Part shown: positions 30,125-42,072 of the stretch, one piece after another
Numbering within the stretch: position 1 is the first letter of the stretch
Layout of the letters: each line of letters opens with the position of its first letter
Assembly: GCA_942492025.1 (NCBI GenBank)
Contig: CALODJ010000004.1
Coordinates: forward strand, 84,226 to 148,225
DNA length: 64,000 bases
DNA from: an uncultured Gammaproteobacteria bacterium
Lineage (GTDB): Bacteria; Pseudomonadota; Gammaproteobacteria; SZUA-229
Reading direction: 5' to 3'
Program-made: the position numbers and the translations under genes
Notes under the pieces: model-generated
What the model was told of the DNA's origin: nothing
Databases searched by the model: none
What the model saw: the letters and a program-made list of their open reading frames with translations, nothing else

Positions 30125-30319
30125 TTATGCATATATTACAGATCTGCCCGCAGCTTCCTGATTGGCAGCGGCGGCGCTGGCGACAACTGAGCCGGCTGTC
30201 GGGATCAGCCTGGTAGAGAAACCTTCACCGCAATTGTGGCAGACTGCCCTTGCTATAAGATCGCAGTGTTGTTGAAATGAACAATCCTGACATACCTCCG
30301 CTGGTGTTGAAGCCGACAT
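30125..30319 (-). CDS. Possible small Cys-rich (CxxC...CxxC) protein
   Basis: 64 aa (…EVCQDCSFQQHCDLIARAVCHNCGE…), upstream of gspA on the same strand. It has a weak ribosome-binding site and could be a spurious ORF in a divergent promoter region. Confidence 0.2.
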   Translation of the reverse strand: MSASTPAEVCQDCSFQQHCDLIARAVCHNCGEGFSTRLIPTAGSVVASAAAANQEAAGRSVIYA

Positions 30320-30377
30320 TCAGCGGGTTGAAAATGCGCCGATGTCGGTATCTTTGTCCGGCGAATAACGAGATTAG

Positions 30378-32397
<2,020 letters not shown>

Positions 32398-32399
<2 letters not shown>

Positions 32400-34384
32400 T
32401 CATCAAGCCAAAAGCATCATTTCGGACCTGTACAGGGGCAGTCGTTCTGCTGCTACTCGCCAGTACGACTGCCAGTATCACTTACGCCGACCTGGTACAA
32501 AAGACGGTTGAGTCATACCTGCAAACAAACCGGGCCGCTGGCAACAGGCCCAACAGCCTGATCCATGAAAACAGCCCGTATCTGCTGCAGCATGCCTATA
32601 ATCCAGTGCAATGGTACGCCTGGGGCGATGAAGCCTTCGAGTTAGCCCGGCAACAGAACAAGCCCATCTTTCTTTCCATCGGCTATTCCACCTGTTACTG
32701 GTGCCACGTGATGGCGCACGAATCCTTCGAGAACGAAGCGATTGCAGCCATTCTCAACGAACATTTCATCGCAATCAAACTCGATCGGGAAGAGCGGCCG
32801 GACATCGACGATGTTTACATGGCGGCGACACAGCTGATTAACGGTTATGGCGGTTGGCCCATGACGGTATTTTTAAACCATGATCTTGAACCGTTCCACG
32901 CCGGCGTCTATTACCCGCCAGTGACAACAGAGAATAGCCTGGGACTGACCGAGTTGTTGAAACGGGTGGTCGAGTTATGGCGAGACGATAACAAGCGCGT
33001 CAACCTGATCGCTGACCGGATAAGCTCGAACATCCAGGCAGGTGCTGATGAGTCGATGACTGGAGCCAGTATCGACAGCGATGTGCGCGATCGGGCTGTC
33101 GCGCAGATCAGTGCTGTTTTTGACAGCGAACACGGGGGGTTCGGCGCTGCCCCGAAATTCCCGCGACCGGGCAAATTTGCGTTACTGCTCGACGTGGTTG
33201 CGAGCGAAGATAGACAAGCTAAACAGGCGCTCAACATGCTGGTTAAGACCTTGACCGCAATGTCACAAGGCGGTATCTACGACCATGCGGGCGGCGGCTT
33301 TCACCGTTATTCTGTGGATGATCGATGGCAGGTCCCGCATTTTGAAAAGATGCTGTACACGCAGGCATTGATGGCGATTGCCTACACGCGGCTGTATCAG
33401 GTCGAGCCTGATCGTCATTACCGTGATGTTGTAGCCGGTACCCTGGATTTCGTCTTGCGCGAGATGCGTCATGCGAATGGCGGATTCTATTCGGCGCTGG
33501 ATGCCGCCAGTGAACGCCCCGACCAGCCCGGCGTGCAGGCGGAGGGCGCTTATTACCTCTGGTCTGCCACGCAGCTCGAGTCGTTATTGACCGAGGAGGA
33601 GTGGCGCCTTGTGAAAACGTATTATGCTATCGCCGATGACGGCAATATTCACTCCGATCCACAGGGCGAGTTTGGTCGCTCGAACATTCTGTATGTCAGT
33701 GATGAATTCAAAGGCAGGTCACTGGATGAAGAACAGGCTGCGCTCATCGATAAGGCCCGACGAAAACTGTATCAGGCGCGTCTGAGCAGGCCGCGCCCGC
33801 ATCTTGATGACAAGATGATTACTGCCTGGAACGGGATGATGATTACAGCACTGGTGGAGGCTTACAGTGTGTTTGAGGATGAGCGCTATCTTGATGCGGC
33901 CATCGATGCAGCGGCTTTTATCCAGGAGCATCTGTTCGACAGCAAAACGCAGCGGCTGTACCGTCGCCTGCGTGACGGTGAAGTCGGTATCGATGCAACT
34001 CTGGATGATTATGTCTGGACCGTGAATGGGCTGTTGGCGCTGTATAAACAGACCAACAGCAAGCGATGGCTGTTACTGGCGCGTCAGATGACGGAACAGC
34101 AGTTGCAACGGTTTTGTGACGGTGCCAACGGCGGTTTTTACGAGTCAGGTCCTGACAAGAACCTGCTGTTTCGGTCCAGAACCGTCTACGATGGGGCACT
34201 GCCCGCGCCCAATGCGATCGCGGTTGAGAACCTGGCGACGCTGGCCAGACTGACCGACGATAAAAAATGGCAGCGAATCGCAAACCAAACACTGGACGCA
34301 TTTGCGGGTTCGATAAACAGCAATCCGGCTGCGGCGGCATGGATGTTGACGCAAGTCAAGCAACCAGTGAGCACCGGTCAGTGA
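32398..34384 (+). CDS. Thioredoxin-domain (DUF255) / six-hairpin glycosidase-like protein (YyaL family)
   Basis: [23 protein letters not shown] is the thioredoxin-like DUF255 signature. I prefer a GTG start at 32398, which gives the signal peptide [31 protein letters not shown]. The track ATG at 32357 would overlap fadH by 43 nt. Confidence 0.75.
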
Positions 34385-34422
34385 AGCAAGGGTCTTATAA
34401 AAATATGCGCTAAAATAGGCGC

Positions 34423-35388
34423 ATGTTGAATCGCACTGTTTGCATTGCGCCGATGATGGGTTACACCGATCGCCATGCGAGATATTTTTTACGTTTGATA
34501 TCAAAACATGCGCTGTTGTACACCGAAATGGTGACGACTGGCGCGCTGATTCACGGCGACAGAAAGAAGCTGCTGCGGTACCATGCCGATGAACTGCCGC
34601 TGGCGATCCAGCTCGGCGGTAGTGATCCTGTCGAGCTGGCCGAATGCAGCCGTATTGCCGAGGATGCCGGTTTCTCGGAAGTGAATCTGAATGTGGGCTG
34701 CCCCAGTGACCGCGTGCAGAGCAGGCGCATCGGCGCCTGTCTGATGGCGCATCCGCAACGGGTCGCAGACGCGGTTGCGGCCATGCGTTCAGCCGTCAAG
34801 CTACCGGTCACGATTAAATGCCGCACTGGTATCGATCATATGGAAGCCTACGCCGATCTCAACCGCTTTATCGAAACTGTGGCGGCGGCGGGTTGTGACG
34901 GCTTCATCGTGCACGCGCGCAAGGCCTGGTTGCAGGGCCTGAGTCCGAAGCAGAACCGCGAAATCCCGCCATTGAAATATGACTATGTGTACCGCTTGAA
35001 ACGCCAGCACCCCCAGCTCAATATCGTTATCAACGGCGGCATCAAGACACTGGATCAAGTGCACGTTCATCTCCAGCATGTCGACGGTGTCATGCTGGGC
35101 AGAGAGGCCTATCACAACCCGTATCTGCTGGCGCAGGTCGACCGAGATTTTTTTGGTGAGGCTGCTGATGCCCAACGCTCCAGGGACGAGGTCATGGCTG
35201 CCTTTATCGATTACGCCGAAGCGCAACTCGCTGCCGGTGAATGCCTGCACCGTATGAGCCGTCATCTGCACGGCCTGTATAAAAATGTGCAGGGTTCGAA
35301 GGCCTGGAAAAGACACCTCAGTGAACACGCGCACAAACAGGGTGCCGGAATTCAGGTTCTGCAACAGGCCAGGCGACTGACGCATTGA
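34423..35388 (+). CDS. dusA: tRNA-dihydrouridine(20/20a) synthase
   Basis: MLNRTVCIAPMMGYTDRHARYFLRLIS...NVGCPSDRV...IKCR; 321 aa. Confidence 0.9.
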   Translation: MLNRTVCIAPMMGYTDRHARYFLRLISKHALLYTEMVTTGALIHGDRKKLLRYHADELPLAIQLGGSDPVELAECSRIAEDAGFSEVNLNVGCPSDRVQSRRIGACLMAHPQRVADAVAAMRSAVKLPVTIKCRTGIDHMEAYADLNRFIETVAAAGCDGFIVHARKAWLQGLSPKQNREIPPLKYDYVYRLKRQHPQLNIVINGGIKTLDQVHVHLQHVDGVMLGREAYHNPYLLAQVDRDFFGEAADAQRSRDEVMAAFIDYAEAQLAAGECLHRMSRHLHGLYKNVQGSKAWKRHLSEHAHKQGAGIQVLQQARRLTH

Positions 35389-35400
35389 CTGACCGGCTAG

Positions 35401-35708
35401 CCCGCATTTCTCACCAGGCGGCGTAGAAACCTGATAAGGCATTGGCTATTTGGCGAAAAGCCTGGATGATCAAAAACACAGAGTGTTATTCGAGCATGCC
35501 TATCACGGTTCACGCTGGTCTTGGTTTGCATGAGATCGTAGGGTGCGCCGTGCGCACCGTGAATCCTCAGTGTGCTGGGCTGTTTCGGTGCGCACGGCGC
35601 ACCCTACGGCCGCTTCGCCCAAGCTGTTGCTACGCTTTTCGCTCCAGAGCCGCGCTTACGAACACGAATCCTGCGCCTGCTCCCGCGATCCTGGTGAGTA
35701 ATGCGGGC
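35401..35708 (+). mobile_element. IS5-like MITE copy B (308 bp) with a nested 70-bp palindromic element
   Basis: Terminal inverted repeats CCCGCATTTCTCACCAG and CTGGTGAGTAATGCGGG flanked by a CTAG direct duplication (35397–35400 and 35708–35711). At 35538–35607 it carries a nested insertion GTAGGGTGCGCCGTGCGCACCG…CGGTGCGCACGGCGCACCCTAC that is absent from copies A and C. Confidence 0.7.
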
Positions 35709-36724
35709 TAGCATCCCAGTCGTGATTTCCAGCTGATCAACAAACTCGCATCGGGTGATGCACCGACGTCGATGTCTTCGCCGAAGCCAATGTCAATCGC
35801 GGAACATTGGCCGACGTTGATCGAGCCGCCAAACATCAAGATCACGGAGCTGCCTAAAAAATCCAGCGCGGTGTCTTTGTAATAACCTGTATGACTCGAG
35901 AGCTGCAATTTGAGCGCGATGCGCTGATTGAGCGTCAGCTGCGCACCGATATGGCCAAAAGCGACCCAATCTTCCGTATCGAGGTCAGCGAGCACGGAGT
36001 CTCCCGGCAGGACGACGCCAATATTGGTATCGAGCAGCGATGACTCGCCGAGCCCGGTGGAAGCGGCCAGCCAGATTGAATAGTCCAGATCATCATTACC
36101 TCTTAGCTCGCGGCGATCGCCCAATGGCAGATCAATCGCGGCCCAGGCACTGACAGCGGTTTTTTCATCCTGATAGAGCGTGCGGCCGAGACTCAACTGG
36201 CTATCGGCTATACCGGAAGTCGACTGGTTAGAACCATAATTGACTGCGTCCGCACTGGCATAGTAAATAGTGATGTTGTTATCAGGGACCAGGGGCCTGT
36301 ATGCTCGGGGTAGGCCAAAAAACTTGTGCCATTCGTCAATCGCGTGATCGAAAACTCCACCACTTCGGTAAATGAATGAAAGATCCAGTTTCAGTGCCCA
36401 GTGTTTGTTCAGCGCTTCCACGCCCCCCAGAGTCAAATTGTATCCTTCGAAGTCGATAAGCAGCTCTTCATTGCCGGTAAGCTCTGCATTGAGCGTATTG
36501 GCGATTTCCAGAGACACAGAAAATCGGGATTTTGCTGGCGCGGGAAGCCGTGCGGGTGTTGGCAGCGGCTGACCATAGACCATGGTAAACGGGTTCTGGT
36601 CCCTGCTCAGGAATGGGTCTGCCTTGCTGGCAGGGCTGTGCAAGACAGCGATGGCTGCAACAAATAATAGCAGCAATAAAAAACCCCCACGGGCTCTGAT
36701 GCCGATGGGGTTTACGTTCGACAA
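35708..36724 (-). CDS. DUF3187-like secreted / outer-membrane protein
   Basis: 338 aa with a signal peptide (FLLLLLFVAAIAVLHSPASKA) and alternating beta-strand-like segments. The DUF3187 assignment is from memory. Its TAG stop codon is the CTAG target duplication of the adjacent MITE. Confidence 0.5.
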   Translation of the reverse strand: MSNVNPIGIRARGGFLLLLLFVAAIAVLHSPASKADPFLSRDQNPFTMVYGQPLPTPARLPAPAKSRFSVSLEIANTLNAELTGNEELLIDFEGYNLTLGGVEALNKHWALKLDLSFIYRSGGVFDHAIDEWHKFFGLPRAYRPLVPDNNITIYYASADAVNYGSNQSTSGIADSQLSLGRTLYQDEKTAVSAWAAIDLPLGDRRELRGNDDLDYSIWLAASTGLGESSLLDTNIGVVLPGDSVLADLDTEDWVAFGHIGAQLTLNQRIALKLQLSSHTGYYKDTALDFLGSSVILMFGGSINVGQCSAIDIGFGEDIDVGASPDASLLISWKSRLGC

Positions 36725-36735
36725 TGACGAAGGCT

Positions 36736-37080
36736 TTACTTCAGGCTTGCGTAATAAGCCGCCAGGTTCTCAATGTCAGCATCGCTCAGCGGTTTGGCCA
36801 TCGGGTTCATGATTGCATTCTTGCGCGTACCGTCACGGAAGCCCTTCAGTGTTGAAATAATGTATGCCTCTTTCTGGCCGGCCAGATTAGGGTACGTCGG
36901 TACAACGCTGATACCGTCGGCACCATGGCAGCCAGCGCAGGCGACTGATTTTGCTTTACCAGCAAAAACGTCGCCAGCAGATGCAACACTGGCAACCGTT
37001 GCCAGAGCGACAGCAGACAGTACAGTCAGAATTTGATGTTTCATGCTATTTATCTCCGAGTGTTGAGTTTCAACCTGCAT
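36736..37080 (-). CDS. Monohaem class I cytochrome c (c5/c552-like)
   Basis: Signal peptide, haem-binding motif CAGCHG, and a distal Met ligand (AIMNPMAKP); 114 aa. Confidence 0.8.
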   Translation of the reverse strand: MQVETQHSEINSMKHQILTVLSAVALATVASVASAGDVFAGKAKSVACAGCHGADGISVVPTYPNLAGQKEAYIISTLKGFRDGTRKNAIMNPMAKPLSDADIENLAAYYASLK

Positions 37081-37180
37081 ATCAGGGAAAACTTCTTTAT
37101 TATCATGCGCTTGATGGCGCCAAGTGCGGTCAGTAACAACTTAGGCCAATAATAGCCTAATTCACAAAAGATGCTAGTCG

Positions 37181-37642
37181 TTACAGGTAGCGCCCTCCAC
37201 TCGCAATTAGTACGACAAACAGTCCAATGCCGAGGTTCAATGCAATCATCTTTCTGATCTGCGCCAGTCGCTTGCCACCTTCCGGGTAGTCCTGCATGAT
37301 CACGGCGTGCCTTAGCCTACGGTAGGGTGCAAAAAAGACATGAAGATAAATTAATACCATGACGATACCCGCACCGTGCATGACGTGTATGTGCACGCCC
37401 GCATTGGCGAAGCCACCAAAGTAGGCAAACAACATCCAATAACCGGATACCAGTAGGGTGATGATACTGAGCCATACCCAGATAAAAAACAGCTTAAAGA
37501 CCTGAACCCACAGCTGCAGGCGCTGGGGTGGCTCGAGGGTGCTGGCGGCTGCCGGTCGCAGTGCCATGTAGGCAAAGAACATACCGCCTACCCAGATAAC
37601 GGCGGCCAACAGATGCAGCGCGATACTGACTGACATACTCAT
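37181..37642 (-). CDS. CopD/HemJ-like 4-TM membrane protein
   Basis: 153 aa. The conserved His-rich helix ALHLLAAVIWVGGMFFAYMALRP resembles the CopD/HemJ family. It lies directly upstream of the cytochrome c gene on the same strand. Confidence 0.45.
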   Translation of the reverse strand: MSMSVSIALHLLAAVIWVGGMFFAYMALRPAAASTLEPPQRLQLWVQVFKLFFIWVWLSIITLLVSGYWMLFAYFGGFANAGVHIHVMHGAGIVMVLIYLHVFFAPYRRLRHAVIMQDYPEGGKRLAQIRKMIALNLGIGLFVVLIASGGRYL

Positions 37643-37723
37643 CTCCGAATTCGATTGGCGCGCATCTTACAGCCTTGGTGCGGTTATCTCATCAACTTTC
37701 TGCATCAGTTAGCAAGGATCTTC

Positions 37724-37742
37724 TCACCGCAAAGACGCATAG
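37724..37742. repeat. REP-like 19-mer TCACCGCAAAGACGCATAG
   Basis: A near-copy of the 11051–11071 motif, in the divergent region upstream of rpe. Confidence 0.5.
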
Positions 37743-37826
37743 GTTCACGTAAAGGGTTAGAGACTCCTGGGCCACAATGTTGTAAAGTGTGCGCCGTTTA
37801 CAGTTCTGAGCCCAAGAGGATAAATC

Positions 37827-38516
37827 ATGGCAGATTTCAAGATTGCACCGTCCATCCTGTCAGCGGATTTCGCACGACTCGGTGAAGAAGTCGATAACGT
37901 ACTCAAAGCCGGTGCAGACATCGTACACTTCGATGTGATGGACAACCACTATGTGCCTAATCTTACGATTGGCCCATTGGTATGTGATGCCTTGCGCAAT
38001 CATGGCGTGACCGCAGATATCGATGTCCATATGATGGTCAAGCCGGTTGACCGTATTATTCCTGATTTTGCCAAAGCGGGTGCCACCTACATTACCTTCC
38101 ATCCTGAAGCGTCCGAGCATATTGACCGCAGCCTGCAGCTGGTTCGCGAAAGTGGTTGTAAAAGTGGGCTGGTGTTCAATCCTGCCACACCGTTGAGTTA
38201 TCTTGACTATGTGCTCGACAAGATCGACATGGTGTTGTTGATGTCGGTTAATCCAGGATTCGGTGGTCAGTCATTTATCCCGGCGACGCTGGATAAGCTG
38301 CGTCAAGCGCGTAAAATCATTGATGATTCCGGTTACGATGTCCGTCTGGAAATCGATGGCGGTGTCAAGGTGGACAATATTCGCGAAATTGCCGAGGCTG
38401 GCGCCGACACCTTCGTTGCCGGTTCAGCGATTTTCGGAGCGGGCTCTGATAGCGATGCGAATATTTACGATACGGTCATTGGCAAAATGCGCGAAGAATT
38501 GGCTAAAGTCGCCTGA
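37827..38516 (+). CDS. rpe: Ribulose-phosphate 3-epimerase
   Basis: [22 protein letters not shown]...[14 protein letters not shown]...GGV; 229 aa. Confidence 0.9.
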   Translation: MADFKIAPSILSADFARLGEEVDNVLKAGADIVHFDVMDNHYVPNLTIGPLVCDALRNHGVTADIDVHMMVKPVDRIIPDFAKAGATYITFHPEASEHIDRSLQLVRESGCKSGLVFNPATPLSYLDYVLDKIDMVLLMSVNPGFGGQSFIPATLDKLRQARKIIDDSGYDVRLEIDGGVKVDNIREIAEAGADTFVAGSAIFGAGSDSDANIYDTVIGKMREELAKVA

Positions 38517-38567
38517 CAGCGATAGGGTCAGATGACACTGTAGACCCCGTTTTCAGTTTTTGGTGCA

Positions 38568-39266
38568 TTGATTATGAGGTTGACGGATAAACGGCTGCTA
38601 GCAAGACCTGAGATGGTACTGATCGATGTCGACGGCACCCTGGTCGATAGCGTTCCGGACCTTGCCTACTGCGTAGATGCGATGATGAAGGAACTGGGTA
38701 TGGCCGAACGTGGTCAGGAGCGTGTTCGTCACTGGGTGGGTAATGGTGTCGAACGCCTGGTCAAGCGTGCGCTGGTAAACCAGCTCGATGGTGAGCCTGA
38801 TGCGGCTTTGTATGAACGCGCATTGCCGGTATTCGAGGCTCTGTACCGGGAAAACACCTCAAAACGCAGCTGCCTGTATGCAGGGGTCAGGGAGGCGCTG
38901 GATTTTCTCCAGACCACAGATGTACGAATGGGGTGCGTGACCAACAAGGCCAGCCAGTTCACGCTGCCGTTGTTGCAGGATCTGGATGTGCGTGATTATT
39001 TCGAGGTCGTTATCTGCGGCGACATGGTCGAACGCAAGAAGCCGGATCCGATGCCTTTGCTGCAGGCTGCGCGACAGCTTGAAACCGAACCGCGGGCATC
39101 GATGATGCTGGGTGACTCCATGAGCGACGTCAAGGCCGCGCGTGCTGCCGGTTTTCAGATTGTGTGCATGTCTTATGGCTATAACCATGGCGAGGACATA
39201 CGCGATTATGATCCGGATGCAGTCATTGACTCCATGGCCGAGATCCAGCGCATTGTTGACTGGTAA
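38568..39266 (+). CDS. gph: Phosphoglycolate phosphatase (HAD superfamily)
   Basis: HAD motif I (LIDVDGTLVDS) and the rpe–gph linkage. The start may be the downstream MVLIDVDG. Confidence 0.8.
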   Translation: MIMRLTDKRLLARPEMVLIDVDGTLVDSVPDLAYCVDAMMKELGMAERGQERVRHWVGNGVERLVKRALVNQLDGEPDAALYERALPVFEALYRENTSKRSCLYAGVREALDFLQTTDVRMGCVTNKASQFTLPLLQDLDVRDYFEVVICGDMVERKKPDPMPLLQAARQLETEPRASMMLGDSMSDVKAARAAGFQIVCMSYGYNHGEDIRDYDPDAVIDSMAEIQRIVDW

Positions 39267-39309
39267 GGGCATACTGGTAAGATTGCTAGCGGTCATTTAG
39301 GATTCACCC

Positions 39310-39366
39310 ATGAATACATTTTCCGTACAAAAAGGAAGCGCGCATCACCTCAACTGGCGATGGTGA
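39310..39366 (+). promoter_or_regulatory. trpL: Candidate trp leader peptide (MNTFSVQKGSAHHLNWRW*) of a transcription-attenuation leader upstream of trpE
   Basis: An 18-codon mini-ORF ends in Trp-Arg-Trp immediately before its stop, ~45 nt upstream of trpE. Alternative GC-rich pairings (GGCGCA…TGCGCC) follow it. Confidence 0.45.
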
Positions 39367-39410
39367 ATTGTTGTGTATTGCGCCCGTAAACTTTTGTACT
39401 GGAAAATGCC

Positions 39411-40907
39411 ATGCCTTCTGAAGCCGATAAAAACGCATTCATCGAAAGACTAAAAAAAACCGCCTGCAATCGCGTGCCGCTGGTGCGCGAAGTGCTTGCG
39501 GATCTGGATACACCACTCAGCACCTATCTCAAGCTGGCTAACGCGCCTTATTCGTATTTGTTCGAATCCGTTCACGGCGGAGAAAAATGGGGGCGCTACT
39601 CCATTATCGGTCTGCCATGCAGAACCGTGATCAAAATTCACAAGCGCACGGTCACCACCGAAGTTGATGGTCGTGTTTTTAGCGAAGAGCAGGTCGAAGA
39701 TCCGTTGAGCTGGATCACCGAGTACCAGCAGCGCTATCAGGTACACGAAGATGATAGCCTGCCGAGGTTTACCGGTGGTCTGGTTGGCTATTTTGGCTAT
39801 GAAACCATCGCATATATCGAAGCACGGCTGGATCATGACGAAAAACCGGATCCGCTGGCGACGCCGGATATATTATTGATGGTTTCGGATGAGGTGATCG
39901 TATTTGACAACCTGTCAGGCAAATTGTACGTGGTTGTGCATATCGACCCGCATCAGGATCATGCGCTGGCTGACGGCGAAAAAAGACTTCGGGAAATTAT
40001 CCAAGGTCTGGGTCATCCGGTACCGCAAACACCTGGTCATGAAGCCAGGGCCGTTGACGAAGCCGATTTTGTGTCAGGCTTTACCGAGCAGGGATTTAAG
40101 TCTGCAGTCGACAAGGCCAGACAGTATATTGTCGATGGAGACATCATGCAGGTTGTGCTGTCGCAGCGTCTTACCATTCCCTTCCATGCGAGACCCTTGG
40201 AGCTGTATCGGGCATTACGCAGTCTGAATCCGTCACCTTATATGTACTATCTCGATCTGGGTGATCATCACGTGGTCGGTTCTTCGCCGGAAATCCTGGT
40301 ACACCTTGAGGACAGTCAGGTCACCGTGCGTCCGATAGCGGGCACACGGCCGCGCGGCGAAGATGAGGCGACAGACAAAGCACTGGAGCAGGACCTGCTG
40401 GCCGATCCGAAGGAGCTGGCAGAGCATTTGATGTTGATCGATCTGGGGCGAAACGACGTCGGCCGTGTCAGCCATATCGGTAGTGTTGAGCTGACCGAAA
40501 AGATGATCGTCGAACGCTATTCGCACGTGATGCATATTGTCTCCAATGTGATCGGCCAGCTAAAGGACGGTATGAGTGCGATGGATGTGCTTCGTGCCAC
40601 ATTCCCTGCCGGTACCGTTAGTGGGGCACCAAAAATACGCGCGATGGAAATCATCAACGAGCTGGAGCCGGTAAAGCGCGGCATATACTCGGGTGCTGTC
40701 GGCTACCTTTCCTGGAATGGTAACATGGATACCGCGATCGCTATCCGTACAGCGGTGATCAAGGACAACCAGCTGTCTATCCAGGCAGGTGCCGGCATCG
40801 TCTATGATTCGGTGCCTGACAATGAATGGGCCGAGACCATGAACAAGGCGCGGGCCATCTTTCGTGCCGTAGCGCTGGCCGAGGCCGGCCTCGATACAGG
40901 AAATTAG
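39411..40907 (+). CDS. trpE: Anthranilate synthase component I
   Basis: 498 aa with chorismate-binding-family motifs ([14 protein letters not shown]; [20 protein letters not shown]). Confidence 0.9.
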   Translation: MPSEADKNAFIERLKKTACNRVPLVREVLADLDTPLSTYLKLANAPYSYLFESVHGGEKWGRYSIIGLPCRTVIKIHKRTVTTEVDGRVFSEEQVEDPLSWITEYQQRYQVHEDDSLPRFTGGLVGYFGYETIAYIEARLDHDEKPDPLATPDILLMVSDEVIVFDNLSGKLYVVVHIDPHQDHALADGEKRLREIIQGLGHPVPQTPGHEARAVDEADFVSGFTEQGFKSAVDKARQYIVDGDIMQVVLSQRLTIPFHARPLELYRALRSLNPSPYMYYLDLGDHHVVGSSPEILVHLEDSQVTVRPIAGTRPRGEDEATDKALEQDLLADPKELAEHLMLIDLGRNDVGRVSHIGSVELTEKMIVERYSHVMHIVSNVIGQLKDGMSAMDVLRATFPAGTVSGAPKIRAMEIINELEPVKRGIYSGAVGYLSWNGNMDTAIAIRTAVIKDNQLSIQAGAGIVYDSVPDNEWAETMNKARAIFRAVALAEAGLDTGN

Positions 40908-40914
40908 CCTGATA

Positions 40915-41925
40915 ATGTCACGCGCATTGCCTGGAATTGTCTTGTTGGCGAGCTTGTGTTTGCTGTGGCCAGCTTTCGCCGCGCATCCATCGCAACAACT
41001 GGCGATTGTCGTTAACGAAGCCGATCCACAGAGCAAACGCATCGCCGACTATTACCAGTTGAAACGTGGCATACCGGATGAAAACATCATAAAGGTCAAT
41101 TTGCCTGTTGGCAAAAAAGGGATTGGCCGCGATAAGTTCGAACAGATCTATCAGCAGGTCAAAATGCTCACGCCACAACACATCCAGTTTTATGCGTTGG
41201 CATGGAATCAGCCCTACAAAGTCGGCTGCATGTCGATAACCAGTGCGTTTGCCTTCGGTTTTGATGAGTCTTATTGTGCAAAGGGTTGTAACAACACCCG
41301 GCAAAGCGCGTATTTCAATTCTTCGACGCGCACGCCGCATTCCACATTGGGTGTCAGACCGGCCATGATGCTTGCGGGTAGTTCACTCGAGCAGGTGCGT
41401 GACATGATCGATCGCGGGGTCGAAGCAGATGCCACCTACCCCAAAGGTACCGCTTACCTTGTTAGCACCAGTAACAAGGCCAGAAATGTGCGGTCGCAGT
41501 TTTATTCGTCGATCGCTGAGCAATTGGGTAAACGGGTCAATATACAGATAGAAACGACCGATGCACTCATTAATAAGAAAGATGTACTGTTCTATTTCAC
41601 TGGCTTGAAACAGGTGGAAAATATCGATAGCAACCAGTTTGTAAACGGTGCAATCGCCGACCACCTGACTTCCACGGGTGGCGTGTTATTCGGTGGCGAG
41701 CAGATGAGTATATTGCGTTGGCTCGATGCTGGCGCTACCGGGAGTTACGGTACCGTGGTAGAGCCATGTGCCTTTCCACAGAAATTCCCCCATCCCGCTG
41801 TTGTCATCGACCGCTATACGCGCGGCGAAACATTGATTGAAGCGTACTGGAAAAGCGTGGCCTGGCCGGGGCAGGGCCTGTTCGTCGGCGAGCCCCTGGC
41901 AGCGCCGTATGCGGGTATAATCTGA
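40915..41925 (+). CDS. Secreted hypothetical protein inserted between trpE and trpG
   Basis: 336 aa with a signal peptide (MSRALPGIVLLASLCLLWPAFAA). I recognise no catalytic motif. It may belong to a conserved-hypothetical TIGRFAM family, but that is unverified. It starts 8 nt after the trpE stop. Confidence 0.6.
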   Translation: MSRALPGIVLLASLCLLWPAFAAHPSQQLAIVVNEADPQSKRIADYYQLKRGIPDENIIKVNLPVGKKGIGRDKFEQIYQQVKMLTPQHIQFYALAWNQPYKVGCMSITSAFAFGFDESYCAKGCNNTRQSAYFNSSTRTPHSTLGVRPAMMLAGSSLEQVRDMIDRGVEADATYPKGTAYLVSTSNKARNVRSQFYSSIAEQLGKRVNIQIETTDALINKKDVLFYFTGLKQVENIDSNQFVNGAIADHLTSTGGVLFGGEQMSILRWLDAGATGSYGTVVEPCAFPQKFPHPAVVIDRYTRGETLIEAYWKSVAWPGQGLFVGEPLAAPYAGII

Positions 41926-42028
41926 TGGCTATTATTTAACGCAAAGGGTTGTTGTAATGAATAAAAATGATATTTCAATGAGGCTGTAGTAAAAGACGGT
42001 GTCAAACGAATCGTTAACAAATTGTAAG

Positions 42029-42065
42029 CTTTGCGATCTCCGCGTCTTTGCGTCTTTGCGGTGGA
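42029..42065. repeat. Tandem REP-like motif CTTTGCGATCTCCGCGTCTTTGCGTCTTTGCGGTGGA (reverse orientation)
   Basis: The CTTTGCGTCTTTGCGGTGA unit (reverse complement of TCACCGCAAAGACGCAAAG) is repeated immediately upstream of trpG. Confidence 0.5.
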
Positions 42066-42072
42066 TTTCAAT

